Source: the human T2T-CHM13v2.0 reference genome, Homo sapiens. Taken from it: DNA of 64,000 nt. This document shows positions 1-17,065 of this stretch, piece after piece. The notes beneath the pieces are model-generated. The model saw nothing but the letters and a program-made list of their open reading frames with translations, ran no database searches and was not told the origin of the DNA. Positions within the stretch are counted from its first letter, which is position 1, and each line of letters opens with the position of its first letter. Position numbers and translations under genes: made by a program. The stretch lies in the NCBI RefSeq assembly GCF_009914755.1, contig NC_060939.1; one strand, given 5' to 3'.

Positions 1-420
1 GCCTGGTGCCCCTAGAGGAGCCAGAAAAAGAGGGGGGTGCCTAGGGCAGGAGTGAACCCCTCACCCAGGCCAGCCAGGGCAGGAAGTCTGGGGTTGGCAG
101 AGCAGTGATACAAAGACCAAGGCTGGAGATACCATGTTAGGGCTCAGGCTGAAAGGACCCGGAGAAGCTGTGGGTGAGAAAATGAGGCTGGCAAGTTTGC
201 AGAGTGTGAAGCAAGCCAGGGCAACAGGTTCAAGACAGAGGCCAAAAGGAACACAAAGGTGTCATTGGCCAAGTTGGGGCATTGTCAGTTATAGATATGA
301 CAGACTGGAGGTACTCAGCAGGACTGAACTGTGGCAAGTGGTCAGGACTAGAGAACTCGAAGAAAGTCACAGAACTCAAGGAATAATAATAAAGGTAATG
401 GAAAGGTCGGGAAACTAAAA

Positions 421-770
421 CAATTGTTCTCAAAGTGTAGTCCCTAGAGTAGCGGCATTAGTATCACCTGAGAACTTCTTAGAAATGCAAAATATTGGAA
501 TCTACCCTAGGCCTTCAAAATCAGACTGGGAAAGGCCCAGCAATCTGTGTTTTAATAAGACCTGAGGGTCATTCTGATGCAGGATGAAGCTTGAGAACCA
601 CTAGGCTACTCAGTGTGGTTGGTCCATGGACCAGCACCATCAGATGAAATGGCGCTGAGAGTTTGTTACAAATGCAGACTCTCAGGCCTGGCCCCAGACC
701 TACTGAGTCTGCAGTTTAACAGGATCCCTGGGGCATCCCACGTACCTTTTAATTTGACAAGAGCTACACC
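421..770. mobile_element. Two adjacent MER5A/MER5A1-like hAT-Charlie MITEs
   Basis: ttctcaaagtgtagtcc...ttagaaatgcaaa...cttgagaaccacta (421-603), followed by a second copy cagtgtggttggtccatggaccagc...aatgcagactctcaggcc. Confidence 0.75.
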
Positions 771-1429
771 TGAGCTCCACTGACCTGGGATTCTTTGGTC
801 TGGGTGTGAATGAGTCTGTGTCTAAGTCCAGGGACAAATAGACACAGATGGCAATGGGGAAGTAGGCCACCCAGTTCCAGGCATAGGCAAAGGCTGTCCT
901 CAGCTCTTCACGAATTTAGACTGCTGCCAGAAAATGTCACCAAGAAAAATAATGGCTTCACTGAGCCTGCAAATGTGCTCAACCTAGACATTGTGCAGAA
1001 AGCAGATTGCAAAGGCAACAAGACCAACAGCCCGACAGTGCTATTCGTATTCCATGGGAGACAGCTGGAGCCCCTGAGATGCAGGCGGGCTCCCAACCCT
1101 CTGTGATTGTGATGTGGAGATGATTTAAGAAGAAGCAGCCGAGGGTGGCTGTAAGCAAGTGACGCTCCTGAGAAGACAAAGCTGCAGAGATAGGAGGCTG
1201 GACCTGTCACCGCTGCCCAGAATGACCCAGGATTCTCATTCTTTCCAGGGAAACCAGTGGGCAACATTGACGACTGACAGGAGGGGACCTTGCCTCCAAG
1301 GCTCCAAGGCCGGATAAGAATGGCTTTACCTTCCTGACTCCAGAAAGAACCGCCCTTTTTCCCCACCTCCCTGATGGCTTCCTGGTGCTTGTGATTCTAC
1401 CAGACTAGCTTTTCCTTTCCCCCTAATAA

Positions 1430-1770
1430 TAGCTGCTAATTAATATTTAGCGAGGGTTTACCAAGCGCCGGGCTCTGAGCTAAGTACCTTGTATGTACTT
1501 TTTTCATTTAATCCTCTCAACAGTTCTACTAGGAAGGTACTACTATTTTCAGTATTTACTAATATTTGGGTATTTCTTAATTACTAAAAACATTTCTCAT
1601 TCTACAGATGAAAATTGAGAGTAGAAGTTGGTCAGTAGCTTTCCGAAGTCAGCTAGATAGAAAGAAGGCATTGAAGTCTATGGCCATACCACCCTGAATG
1701 CGCCCAATCTCGTCTGAAAGAAGGCATTGAAGCAGAGCTCAGACATCCCAACCCCAGACTCTCCACCAAA
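1430..1770 (-). mobile_element. MIR (host of the 5S fragment)
   Basis: tcatttaatcctctcaacag...cattctacagatgaaaattgag, similar to the MIR core. Confidence 0.65.
1676..1717 (+). pseudogene. 5S rRNA 5' fragment (nt 1-42), tailless retropseudogene
   Basis: gtctatggccataccaccctgaatgcgcccaatctcgtctga matches human 5S nt 1-42 with 3 CpG transitions. It is flanked by the direct repeat gaaagaaggcattgaag (1660-1676 and 1716-1732). Confidence 0.93.
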
Positions 1771-1779
1771 CCATTGTCT

Positions 1780-1940
1780 TTGTTCCTCATAGTGTGGTCC
1801 TTAGACCAGCAGTCGTAGAGTTATTTGGGAGCTTGTGATGCAAGAATCTCAGGCCCTGCCCAGACTTGCAAAATCAGACTCAGCATTTTAAACACAATCC
1901 CCCAGAGTTGGTATGCACATTACAGTTTGAGAAACGTGCC
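1780..1940. mobile_element. MER5A1-like MITE
   Basis: agtgtggtccttagaccagcag...gcattttaaacacaatccccc...gcacattacagtttgagaa. Confidence 0.65.
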
Positions 1941-2765
1941 TGGTTATAAGAGCTTCCTTCCCTCGCAAGACGCAAATCCGTCTTGCATGAGGAACACAGC
2001 CGATACCAGACAGAGATACTTCAACAGGAATGAGTTTCAGCTCTTCTCTGGGAAGCAGGATGTTAGGAACCCAGCGGGGCCACCAGGCTGTTGAGGGACA
2101 CGAGGAAGTGGAAGGGATGGCCTTTGTAATTGCCATCATCAGAAACGGGTTGGCCTAGAAATCTGTATCCCAAGGTGAAGCAATGTCTTTTTTTCTGCAT
2201 GCTTTTTTCCTGCATGTTGCAGAGTTGGGAGAACAGACTGCCTGTGTAGACCCCAGTGAGAAACAGCTGCAAAGAGGCATTTCTGGGTTTTACTTCCCCT
2301 GGGCCTCTGCATCCTCACCTAGGTGGGTGAGAGCAGTGAATCTACCTGCTTACCTCACAGGTGTGCCTTGAGCACTGTCAAGAGTGGGAAAGGCTTTGCA
2401 AAGTTCAGAGCAGGATCCAGGTCTAGGGTGCAATCCTTATTGCTAGGTGGGTCAGTCATTTGATCTCCCTTTTGCCCAGCAAAGCCACTTCATAAAACCC
2501 CTTGCTGGAAGGCCAGATCCAGGTCCCTCTGCTTCCATGCATGCCTGCCTGCCTGCCTCCCACTGCCACTCCCCTGCTGCTCCACATGCTAGCCTGGGTG
2601 CATTCAGGGGCCCACTGTCTTGTTTTCTGATGCCAGTGCTAGAAAAGTTCTGCTCTTTCTAAAGGAACATGGTACTTTCAAGGCCTTTGAGAACCATGCC
2701 GTATGTCATTCATGGTCACTGAATCACAGACAGGATTCCAAATGGGCCTGAGAGATCAGAGTCTT

Positions 2766-2905
2766 GTCTGCACGCAGTGGCTCATGCCTATAATCTCAAG
2801 CACTTTGGGAGGCTGAAGCAGGAGGATCACTGGAGGCCAGGAGTTCAAGACCCACAACACAGCGAGACCCCATCTGTACAAATAATAATAATAATAATTT
2901 TTAAA
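2766..2905 (+). mobile_element. Alu left monomer (FLAM-like)
   Basis: gcagtggctcatgcctataatctcaagcactttggg...gagaccccatctgtac, followed by an (AAT)n tail. Confidence 0.8.
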
Positions 2906-3152
2906 AAAGAGTTCGGCCTCAGGATATAAGTCCCAGCTCTTCTGTTTATTAGCCATGTGATCCTGGGTGAGTTTCTTAACCTCCCTGCAACTCAGTTTTC
3001 TCATTTGCAATGTGGGGATAATAACAGTCCCTAATTTTCAGGATTACTGGAAATACTGAATAAAAAACTAAATAAATACTAATTTATTAAACACTTAGTG
3101 CCTGCATTTAGTTGACACTCCAGATTGATAGCTATTACTAAACCATATTTGA

Positions 3153-3505
<353 letters not shown>

Positions 3506-3922
3506 TCAGAGATGTTAAAATGGTATAATTCACCCAATAGCAAAAGGGTTCCAAAGCCAAAGATGTTAGGGAGACACCTTTTCTGCAAGATGTTTCAGAG
3601 CTTTTAAATGCTGCGTTTCAATGTGAGCTCATGGTAGTTACCGCATTCGGTAAGAACTCAGACTGAGTAGACAACGGAACCCCTTTTCTATGAAATAGCT
3701 TGGGAGTTCTGTGACATTGGCTTGGGGAGTGCTAATCTAGTCCAATGCTCTAATTTCATAGATGGGGAAACTGAGGCCAGAGAGAGGAGGAGACTTCCTG
3801 AAGTTACTTAGGTGGTTAAGTGGTGAAGACTAGGCTACTGAAGAGCCAAACTGGAGCTCCCTCCACTAAACCGCCTTTCCTCCCAACTAACCTGTTACCT
3901 ACGACACTTGATAGTTTCCTCC

Positions 3923-4229
<307 letters not shown>

Positions 4230-5039
4230 TGACATTTGGTAGTTTCCAAAGACCTTCCTGCTGTGTGCTGTTCCTCACACTAACCCCTGCAGATCCCAGG
4301 GGAAGGGATTGTCCCCACTGTACAGATGCAGTTGCCAGCCCACTGAGCAATGGGTTACAAGTGGGACCCAGGTCTGATTCCTGGGCTTACTGCTGTGTTT
4401 TTGTAACACCCTAAAGACTGTGACTTGGAGGGGAGGAGGTGCATGACTGGGAGCCAGCAGGTGAGCCAGAAGGGCCCAAAAGACCTGGGTCAAGAGGTGG
4501 TCCCAGTACAGAAAAGGACTAAAACCGGCAGAGCTCACCTCCTGAAGCAGTCTTGCTAGGTCAACCCCAGCTTCTTCCATGATGGGCAGAGATGCAGACC
4601 ACCACGATCTACCCTACCAATACTTGATCATGCATCGGGATAGGGGCAAGGCTCTCATTTCACACCTGCCCACATGCAGAGCCTCATGGACGGGAGGGCA
4701 GACCTCCAGATTCAATGTTATTGCACCACTGAGGAACATCTACGGGGACCTGCTGTGCAAACTTCAGACCACATTGATGAAATCCACTGGGAAGTCCTTT
4801 CATCACAGCAGTTAATTTGATGACTGCTTTGTTTTAAGAGCAGTTTTTGTTTCACTGGCTAAAGTGACTTACTATGAGGGGTTGTTAAGCAATTCATCAA
4901 CTTTTAAATCTCGATATGTTTGTGGTCAAACATGACTGTTCTCACAGACCGAGCGACGCTCAGCCTTTTCCCCTCTGAGACGCACATGATGGACGATGTT
5001 TGTTCACATGCTTGACCCACCCCCAGTAAGAATAGACTC

Positions 5040-5960
<921 letters not shown>

Positions 5961-5969
5961 AGAGGAGTG

Positions 5970-6102
5970 GGGCTGAGGTAGGAGGATTGCTTGAGCCCAG
6001 GAAGTGGAGGTTGCCATGAGCTGAGACCACGCCATTGCACTCCAGCCTGGGCGAGAGAGTGAGACCCTGTCTCAAAGCAAAAAAAAAAAAAAAAAAAAAA
6101 AA
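5970..6102 (+). mobile_element. 5'-truncated Alu (right arm)
   Basis: ggctgaggtaggaggattgcttgagccc... with a long poly(A) tail. Flanking repeat aggagtggg. Confidence 0.85.
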
Positions 6103-6424
6103 AGGAGTGGGATGGGTCTGAAGGACAAAGGAGACTTATTTAATACTTTCTCTGTGAGGTTGTTGTCATGTCAGACACGGCTGATGCATCTCCCAGACTC
6201 TCTTGGCCTCACTTATCTCCTGAACCCTTGGCCGCTGGCTCTGCCTCAGCCACTACCACAGCAGCTAGCTCTCTGCAGGTCTACATGGCTCCACCAGAGG
6301 CTGACCAGCCACATGACCAGAGTCTTGGGTTCTTCTCATAATTTCTAGACTTGAATGAAACACTCTGCATCAAGGCCTGGGATCTGGCTTCCCCGGTGGC
6401 TGCCCAGAGGGGCCAGGTATAATG

Positions 6425-6643
6425 CAGTGGTTCTCAACTGGAGTGATTTCTCCCCACAGGGGACATTTGGCAGTGTCTAGAGATATTTTTGGTTGCTACT
6501 CCTGGGTAACAGGTGCTACGGGCATCTAGTGGATACGGGTCAGGGAAGCTGCTAAACACCCTACGATGCACAGAACAGCCCCTTCAACAGAGATTCATTC
6601 ATCTGGCCCAAAATGTCAGTAGTGCTGAGATTGAGAAATCCTG
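6425..6643 (+). mobile_element. MER20 (hAT-Charlie)
   Basis: cagtggttctcaact...ggggacatttggcagtgtctagagatattttt...ggcccaaaatgtcagtagtgctgagattgagaaatcctg. Confidence 0.9.
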
Positions 6644-6934
6644 CTGCAGTAGTTAAGAACAAGACTCTGGAAACAAACAGGCAAGTTACTTCACCTCTCT
6701 GCTTCAGCTTCCTCATCTGTAAAGTGAGTATAATAATTATGTTTACCTAATACAACTGTTGTGAGAATTAAATGTGTTACTAATTTATGTAAAGCATTTA
6801 TGTCCGTGAATGGCACTTAGAGAATGTTATGTAAATGTAATAGTGATAACAGTAGTAGCAACTTGGCTGTGAAGAACAGTAGAAATGAATACTCTAATTT
6901 TTGAAGTAAGCAATTTACAAACTTTACAGCTTTA

Positions 6935-7210
<276 letters not shown>

Positions 7211-7290
7211 GCTTTAATTATTGTTAGTTACCAATGTCTCACTACATTTCATCACCGATTGTAACACATCAGTAGTATCATGTTTTATTA

Positions 7291-7656
<366 letters not shown>

Positions 7657-7851
7657 TCACATTTTGACATCTGTGAACGCAGGATGCATCTTACAACCAT
7701 GGTTAGCATGTGACCATCAGATATAGCTGTCACACATATATAAACCTTGGGGAGGCTGGGTGATTTGTGAGGAAATCCTGGGGACAGTAGGAAAGATCCC
7801 TTGTAAGAAATGGTGCATCACTCACACTGTTGATGGCTTGGAAGATGATAC

Positions 7852-9729
7852 CGATGGCGGTGGCGGGTCGTCAGGAGCAGCCACTGCCATCATGCCAGCC
7901 ACTGCAGGGAGGGTATGGGGAGGAGGCAGACAGCCACCCCCACCAACCCCCACCACCACTGCAGCCTGCTGCCCTGGTGGGTGATGGGGCCAGGTCGAGT
8001 CACCAGCTGGTGGGGGAGCAGCGCCGTCTGGCAGAGAGAGCCTGGACGCGGAGCTGGGCCCGGGGTGGCGCTGCACTTGTACAAGGAATGCAGGAACTGG
8101 GGAGGGAGCACAGAGCTGGGGCCCCGTTTTGCCACCACAGCCCCGCCGGGGCTGGAAGTGGGAGCGGCGCTGCCACCCTGGGGTCAGGGTGACCGCTGAG
8201 CCTGACACTCCTGACGGCCCGGCCGCCCCTGAGCACCCGGGGAACATCGGGGAGCTTGTGGTGATGTAACCTCTGCCCTGGATGCTCACCCGGGGCCCAG
8301 AGAGGACGTGGAGCCCCTCCCTCAGGCTGTGAGGGGATACCGCCGGGGCTGCATGCTCCACAGAGCCAGGAGGAGCGGGCAACAGGCAGCAGCCCAGCCC
8401 TCCTGGGTGCAGCTGCAGCCGCCCAAGTTGGGTTTGTGGACCCAGACCTCCGTGTGCTCTTGGGGGCCTGGGAAGGCCCTGCACTGCCCTTGCAGGCTCG
8501 GAAGTGCCTCTTTCCACTGCCTGGTCTCTCCCCACTGCTGGCACCTGCTCCAACCCCAGAGTGGGGTTGGGACTGAGCCCAGGCAGGGTGTGCACATGCT
8601 TGCGCCCTGCTGCCTTTTTCCCCTCTGGACTTTGGACAATGAGGGGTCGGGGAGTGAGGGGCTGAGGGTGGCTTGGTGCTGGCCTGCAGGTGCCCATTGG
8701 TACAAGCAGCCTGGGTGCCTTGGTCAGCACAGCAGGCAGATGGGCTCCTGGGTGGAGGGGGGCAGGTCCCTGGTGAGGCTCCACTTTCAGGCCAAGGAAG
8801 GTCTGAAGGCTGGGGACTGGGCTGCCAATCCTATGGACCAGAGTGGAGACTTGTGTCTTTTCTGGCCCGCCTGTGTCTGCCCACGGACCAATTGGTGCTC
8901 ACTTCCTTCCCTCTGAGGCCCATAAAAGCCGTGGGCTCAGCCGGAGCAGAGCAGAGCTGAGGACACAGGGATGACTGGACTACCAGCTGGAGAGAGGAGC
9001 TACCCTCTCTGCTAGGGGCCGAACACTCCTCCGGACACCCTGGCTACAGTGCAGGTTCTTCTCTGAGTTGTTCTCTTGCTCAATAAAACTCCCCCTCATC
9101 TTGCTCACCCTCCACTTGTCTGACTACATCATTCTTCTTGGTTGCAGGACAAGAACTTAGGACTGCAGGACAAGAACTCGAGACCCACACAATGGTGAGG
9201 CTAAAAGAGCTGCTGTAACACAAACAGGCCTGAAACATACCCCTTGCTTGCCACGTTGTGGGCAAAGAGCTGTGGCCCTTCAGGGAGTCCAGACCTGGTC
9301 CGTCAGCCAGGGCTGTGACTCCCTCCTTGAGGCCCTGTGGTTCCTGGCATCTCCAAACTTCCGGGTGCTGCCACATTCCCTGGTGCCAGCTGGGGAAGAT
9401 GCTTGCTTGCAGTGCACCTGGTCCAGCTGCAGCTTCACAGAGAGCTGGCACCCATGCCAGCAACTGGAGCTGTCTGTCTCATGGCAACCAGTGTGTCTGA
9501 CTGCGTGGTGGCCAGACCCCACACTCGCTCAGCTTGCTCACGTACCCCTGACCACTCCACGCCTGACTCCAGTCTCTCTTGGAGGTGTGAGATCCAGGCC
9601 AGTAGTGTGAGCTGAGTGCAACCTGCCAGCAACCAACCTGAGTGGGTGGAACGAGCCCAGCAGCCCAAGCAAAACTTGGGCAAAGGCACCATCGGCCACG
9701 GCTCTCTGGCCAGAAAAGTGTCCATAACA
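7852..9729 (+). mobile_element. MER52-type GC-rich solo LTR (ERV1)
   Basis: Starts (c)gatggcggtggcgggtcgtcaggagcagccactgccatcatgcc and ends ...gcaaaacttgggcaaaggcacc...ataaca. AATAAA at 9082-9087. 4-bp TSD atac (7848-7851 and 9730-9733). Confidence 0.88.
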
Positions 9730-10069
9730 ATACTATGTGGCAAATATGATCACCAGTGATGCTAAATCAAAAAGTGATTCAGTTTGCATCCATTTAAGTA
9801 CAGAAAAAGAAAAAAAAAATTTTAATTTAAATTGATTCAAAAGAGTTGCACCCTTCTGAAGTGAATTTATTCTGCTTACATTTTCCCTTTTATATATGTA
9901 TAAAAGTGACATTATTAAATATCAACTTGTAAAGTCAGAGCTTTTTCATAGATATCTTTCTTATTTGAAGAAAGATAGTATCTATCTGTTTTAGATAAGA
10001 AAGGCTTGTGCAATAGTTTAATTGAGAATGTTTCTTTTTTTTAATGGTATGTAAAACAATGGTACCTTG

Positions 10070-10290
10070 CTATGTTTTACAGAGTCCTAATCAGTTGGCA
10101 CACATTATCTCATTTCATCCTCTCAACAGCCCTATAGTGTATGTGCTGTTATTGTTCATTCATACTTTGATAATGAACAAACTGCGACTCAGAGAAGTAG
10201 AGTAACTTGCCCAAAGTCAACAGCTGGTAAGCGGAGCTGGGACTCAAACCCAGTTTATTTGAACTTCAAAGCCTTGGTGCTCAGCCTTTT
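10070..10290 (-). mobile_element. MIR
   Basis: tctcatttcatcctctcaacagcc...aaactgcgactcagagaagtagagtaacttgcccaaagtcaacagctggtaag. Confidence 0.8.
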
Positions 10291-10691
10291 CATCCTGGTT
10301 GAGAACTAGAGTCAAAGCTGTATCCTTTTTCCAGGCCCTGGCAATCTAGGGCATGGATAGTAATGACAAAAGACAGCTGGGACAATAGTCAGCAATGTAT
10401 GGACTGGCCTTTCCTCAGCACTGCCTTCCTCATTTCTCAGCACCACCAGGCTCGACCCAGCACAGCTCATCCACCCACCCCAATGACAGAATGCAGCCAG
10501 AACTGTGGTCAATATGGAGTGGCACCTTTGAGAGAGGTGAGCTTCTCTGAGCTTCCCTGGGGAAATATAGTTCATGTACTAGGACAGCCGAGAGGGGCTT
10601 GAAAGGATGGAGACGTTTTATAAACTGTGGGTAAAAATTCCCATGTGTTCCCAGGATGAACCACACCTTTGGAATTGTTCCAAAGAACAAT

Positions 10692-10742
10692 TAGAGAGTA
10701 TAGTTCTGTAGAGAGTACAGTTCTTTAGAGAGTATAGTTCTG
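10692..10742. repeat. 17-bp tandem repeat, 3 copies
   Basis: tagagagtatagttctg / tagagagtacagttctt / tagagagtatagttctg. Confidence 0.95.
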
Positions 10743-12146
10743 TCCCTACAGATTCCGGCAAATGGTGGGGCAAAACACAGAGTCATTTTAACCAAACATC
10801 CAAAGGCAAAGTATTCAACAGCATCATCAGTGTGCAAGTAATAACAGTCCAATTAAATTAGGAAGCCCAGCAGATGTATCCTATTAGCGTCATCAAGACT
10901 TAAATCCTACTGCTCCTCTCCAGCAGTGTAGGCCTTCTCAAGTCTCCCTGCACATGGGTAGGTGGGTAAAGCTTGGCTGATCGGCAGGGGGATGAGGAGA
11001 TGGTGAACATCACGTTGGGAATCAACAGACCTGTGTTCACATGTTAAAACTTGTGTGACCTTGCGTAAGTCATGTGATTGTCTATGCCTCATTTCCCCTT
11101 CTTTAAAATGTGTGTCTTGTGTTTCTAAAACTAAATGGGAGCTCTCCTTTACTTGCTCCCTTAACCCTGTGAAATCTGGTTTTCATTCTCATCATCTTTC
11201 AGGGCCTCTGAGCAAGTTCCTGTGCCTGTTTCTTTCAACGAGGATAACTACTTCCACCTGCCTTTGTAATTTGTTCCTGGGACAAAGAAAGCCTCTTGAG
11301 GAGGCTGGCCTGCCCTGCATATGTTGGATAAACGCTTGAAATATGGACCTGTCCCCATCTCTCGCCTTTCCCCGGAATTCAGGACTGAATGGATGCTGCC
11401 TGCATTTTGGGGAGTGGGAGTTTTGCTTTTCCTTTGCTTTGCTACTTACTCACTCTGATGAACAAGGAGGAGACTGACAGCTTCACAGTCCTGGATCATT
11501 TCCTGCCCTGTTCTCCCATCCAGCTCATGGAAGTCAGCAACTCCATCCACTCATTGCACAGAGACCAGAAAGGGGAAGGGATTTTCTCACTGTCTCACAG
11601 CAACTAATGGCCAAGCTGTGGTGGGCGTCTTGGTGGTCTGATTCCAATTCAAGTTGGAGTGAGAGAGTGAGAAGATTATGGGCTGTGGCCTCAAGCCAAC
11701 CAGGGTCTAAACCCAGCATTGCCTCTGGCTTACTTGTGTCTCCTCTGCTTCCTCATTCTTAGAATGGAAATCATCATCATCATCTCATAGAAGTGTTATG
11801 GGCAACAGACAGGATAATGTACATGAAGCTCATACAGCCTTAGGATTAAAACCAGTGAAGACCCAAACGACTGTACCTGGGAATTTAAGATAAACAGGGT
11901 GTGTTACTGCCTGGCACAAACTGGGAATTTGTGCAAAGGTAAGATACCAAGCAGGACAGTATTTCTCCTTGAGGGACCGTGAAATCTTCTCATCATTTAA
12001 GCTTATGAAACGAGGTGGAGCCTCATTTCTTAAAGGGGGAAATGCAAATCAAAACTACCTGGGTATCATATGAAATTATACCTTGATAAAGCTGATTTTT
12101 AAAACATTACCCTGAGAATTGTAAAGATCAACAGTCCTGATAACAA

Positions 12147-13170
<1,024 letters not shown>

Positions 13171-13424
13171 ATAATCCTGATAACAGATGGTTATCAAAGG
13201 GCATAGGGAAGCGGAGGTATCCAGTGGTGCAAGCTCTGTGGAAAGCAATTTGGCAAGATTCATCAAAATTAGTAACATACATGCCAGTGGGTCCAGCACC
13301 GCGGTATTGCACCAGTGGTAGACAGCTGTGGACTGCTGGCCCTCAGGTGCGGCGACCACACCAAATTCAATCAGCTGTGGCCAGGAGCATGGGGCAGGGG
13401 CAATTTCACTTAAAACAGGATAGG

Positions 13425-13595
13425 ATTAGCCAGTCTTGGTGGCATGTGCCTGTAGTCCCAGCTACTCGGGAGGCTGAGATGGGAAGGATCACTTGAGTCT
13501 GGGAGGCAGAGGTTGCAGTGAGCGGAGACTGTGCCACTGCACTCCAGCTGGGGCGACAGAGTGAGACTCCATCTCAAAAACAAAATAAAATAAAA
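13425..13595 (+). mobile_element. Alu right arm
   Basis: attagccagtcttggtggcatgtgcctgtagtccc...gagactccatctcaaaaa. Confidence 0.85.
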
Positions 13596-14402
13596 GGTAT
13601 AAATGACATCCAATAAACTTCACATATTTAAGCTGTAGTATAAGTCTTGTGTTTCATGTAATCCCATGAAACCATCATCAGAGTCACAATAATGAACTTA
13701 TCTATCACCTTTACATTTACCTGGAGCCTTTTATAAAGTCTTTCTCTCTGCCTTCCAGATAACCACTGATTTACTTTGCTGTACAATAGAGTAATTTCCA
13801 CTTTCTGGAATTTTTGGACTGATGTAATAAAGTGTTTCCTCTTATAATCCCTGGGTGCTCTGTCATCATGCTTATTTTGATATTATCAGTGTAGACATAT
13901 GAATTGTTCATTCTTTTTACATTGCTGATAAATACACTCTGCTGTAAAATGTCATTGTATATTCATTCATCTGTTTATGGATATTTGAGTGGCTTCCTGC
14001 TTTTGTTTTGTAAATCAAACAGCTACAGATGAAAAAACAAAACGAAACAGGATAGGGTATAATGAGGTAATGTGAAGACTTTTTAGTACCTTGAGGGGAA
14101 ATAGTCTGTGCCCCTAGAGTTGAGGAGGGGCTGGAGGTGCAGGTTGGGGTGGAGCAGTGCCTGGTGGCCGCGGTACTGGCTTTTAGCCAACAGACCTGTA
14201 CATTCATCATACCTCTGCTACCTACTAGCTAAGACAAGTCACTTTGCTTCTTTTCTCCATCTGTAGAGGCAGATGATATTCCCTGCCAGGAAGGGTTGAT
14301 GTGAGAATTAAATGAAATCCACACGTGGCCCCTGGCTCAGTGTCTCATGCATGACCGGTGAGCAGCCATTTATCCATTCATCTGATTATTGTTCTTCCCA
14401 TC

Positions 14403-15061
14403 TGCTATGCTAATGTTTTATTGCTCCAAAATTCTGATGTTGAAACCTAATCACTAATGTGGTGATATAGAAGGATTATAAGTGGGACTTGTGCCCTTAT
14501 AAAGAGGCCCCAGAGAGTTGCCTTGTCCCTGTCATTCATGTGAGGACACAGTGAGAAGTCGCCATCCATGAACCAGAGGATGAGCTCTCACTAGACACTG
14601 AATATGCCAACGCCTTCATGTTGGGCTTCCCAATCTCCAGAGCGGAGAGAAATACATTTCTGGCCAGGCAAGGTGGCTCATGCCTGTAATCCCAGCACTT
14701 CGGGAGGCTGAGGTAGGGAGAATGCTTGAGTTCAGGAGTTCAAGACCAGCCCGGGCATCATAGTGAGACTCCATCTCTATTAAAGACACACACACACAAA
14801 TTAGCCAGATGTGGTGGCTTGGGCCTGTGGTCCTAGCTAATCAGGAGGCTGAGGTGGGAGGTTTGCTTGAGCCAGGGAGGCAGAGGTTGCTGTGAGCTGA
14901 GATCACATCACTGCATTCCAGCCTGGGCAACAGAGCAAGATCCTGTCTCAAAAAAAAAAAAAAAATAGAGAGAAAGAAAGGAAAAGAAATACGTTTGTTA
15001 ATCTGTTGTTTAAACTACTCATTTATAGTATTTTGTTATGACAGTTCAAAAGGACGAAGAC
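14403..15061 (+). mobile_element. MaLR LTR (MST/MLT1A-like) with an inserted AluJ (about 14662-14990)
   Basis: tgttgaaacctaatc...gtgcccttataaagaggccccagagag...gtgaggacacagtgagaag...gagaaatacatttc | ...tagtattttgttatgacag. Confidence 0.75.
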
Positions 15062-15387
15062 ACCATCTTTGTCCCTTCACCTCTCCCCTGGCCTTTTTAG
15101 TTGGGGCCAACACACCCACACATCACATCCCAGCAGTTTGTAAGAGTAAACTTCAGGCAGTAGTGGATCCAGGAGGCAATTTCTCACATCCTCACCTGTT
15201 CTGTCATCCCACATCAGCCTCTCAAGTAGCTGGGTCTCCAGGCACCACCATGCCTGGCTAAGTTTTTATTTTTAGTAGAGTGGGCGGGGGGTCTCACCAT
15301 GTTGCCCAGTTTGTACTTGAACTCTTGGGCTCAGGTGATCCTCCTGCCTCAGCCTTCCCTCAACCCCAAAAAACCTTTTTAAAAATA

Positions 15388-17065
<1,678 letters not shown>

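Noticed and set aside
7822-8916. Long ORFs of 320 aa (-) and 202 aa (+), plus neighbours
   Set aside because: They lie almost entirely within the GC-rich MER52 LTR. The products are low-complexity Pro/Gly/Ala/Arg, several frames are open at once, and there is no recognisable domain.
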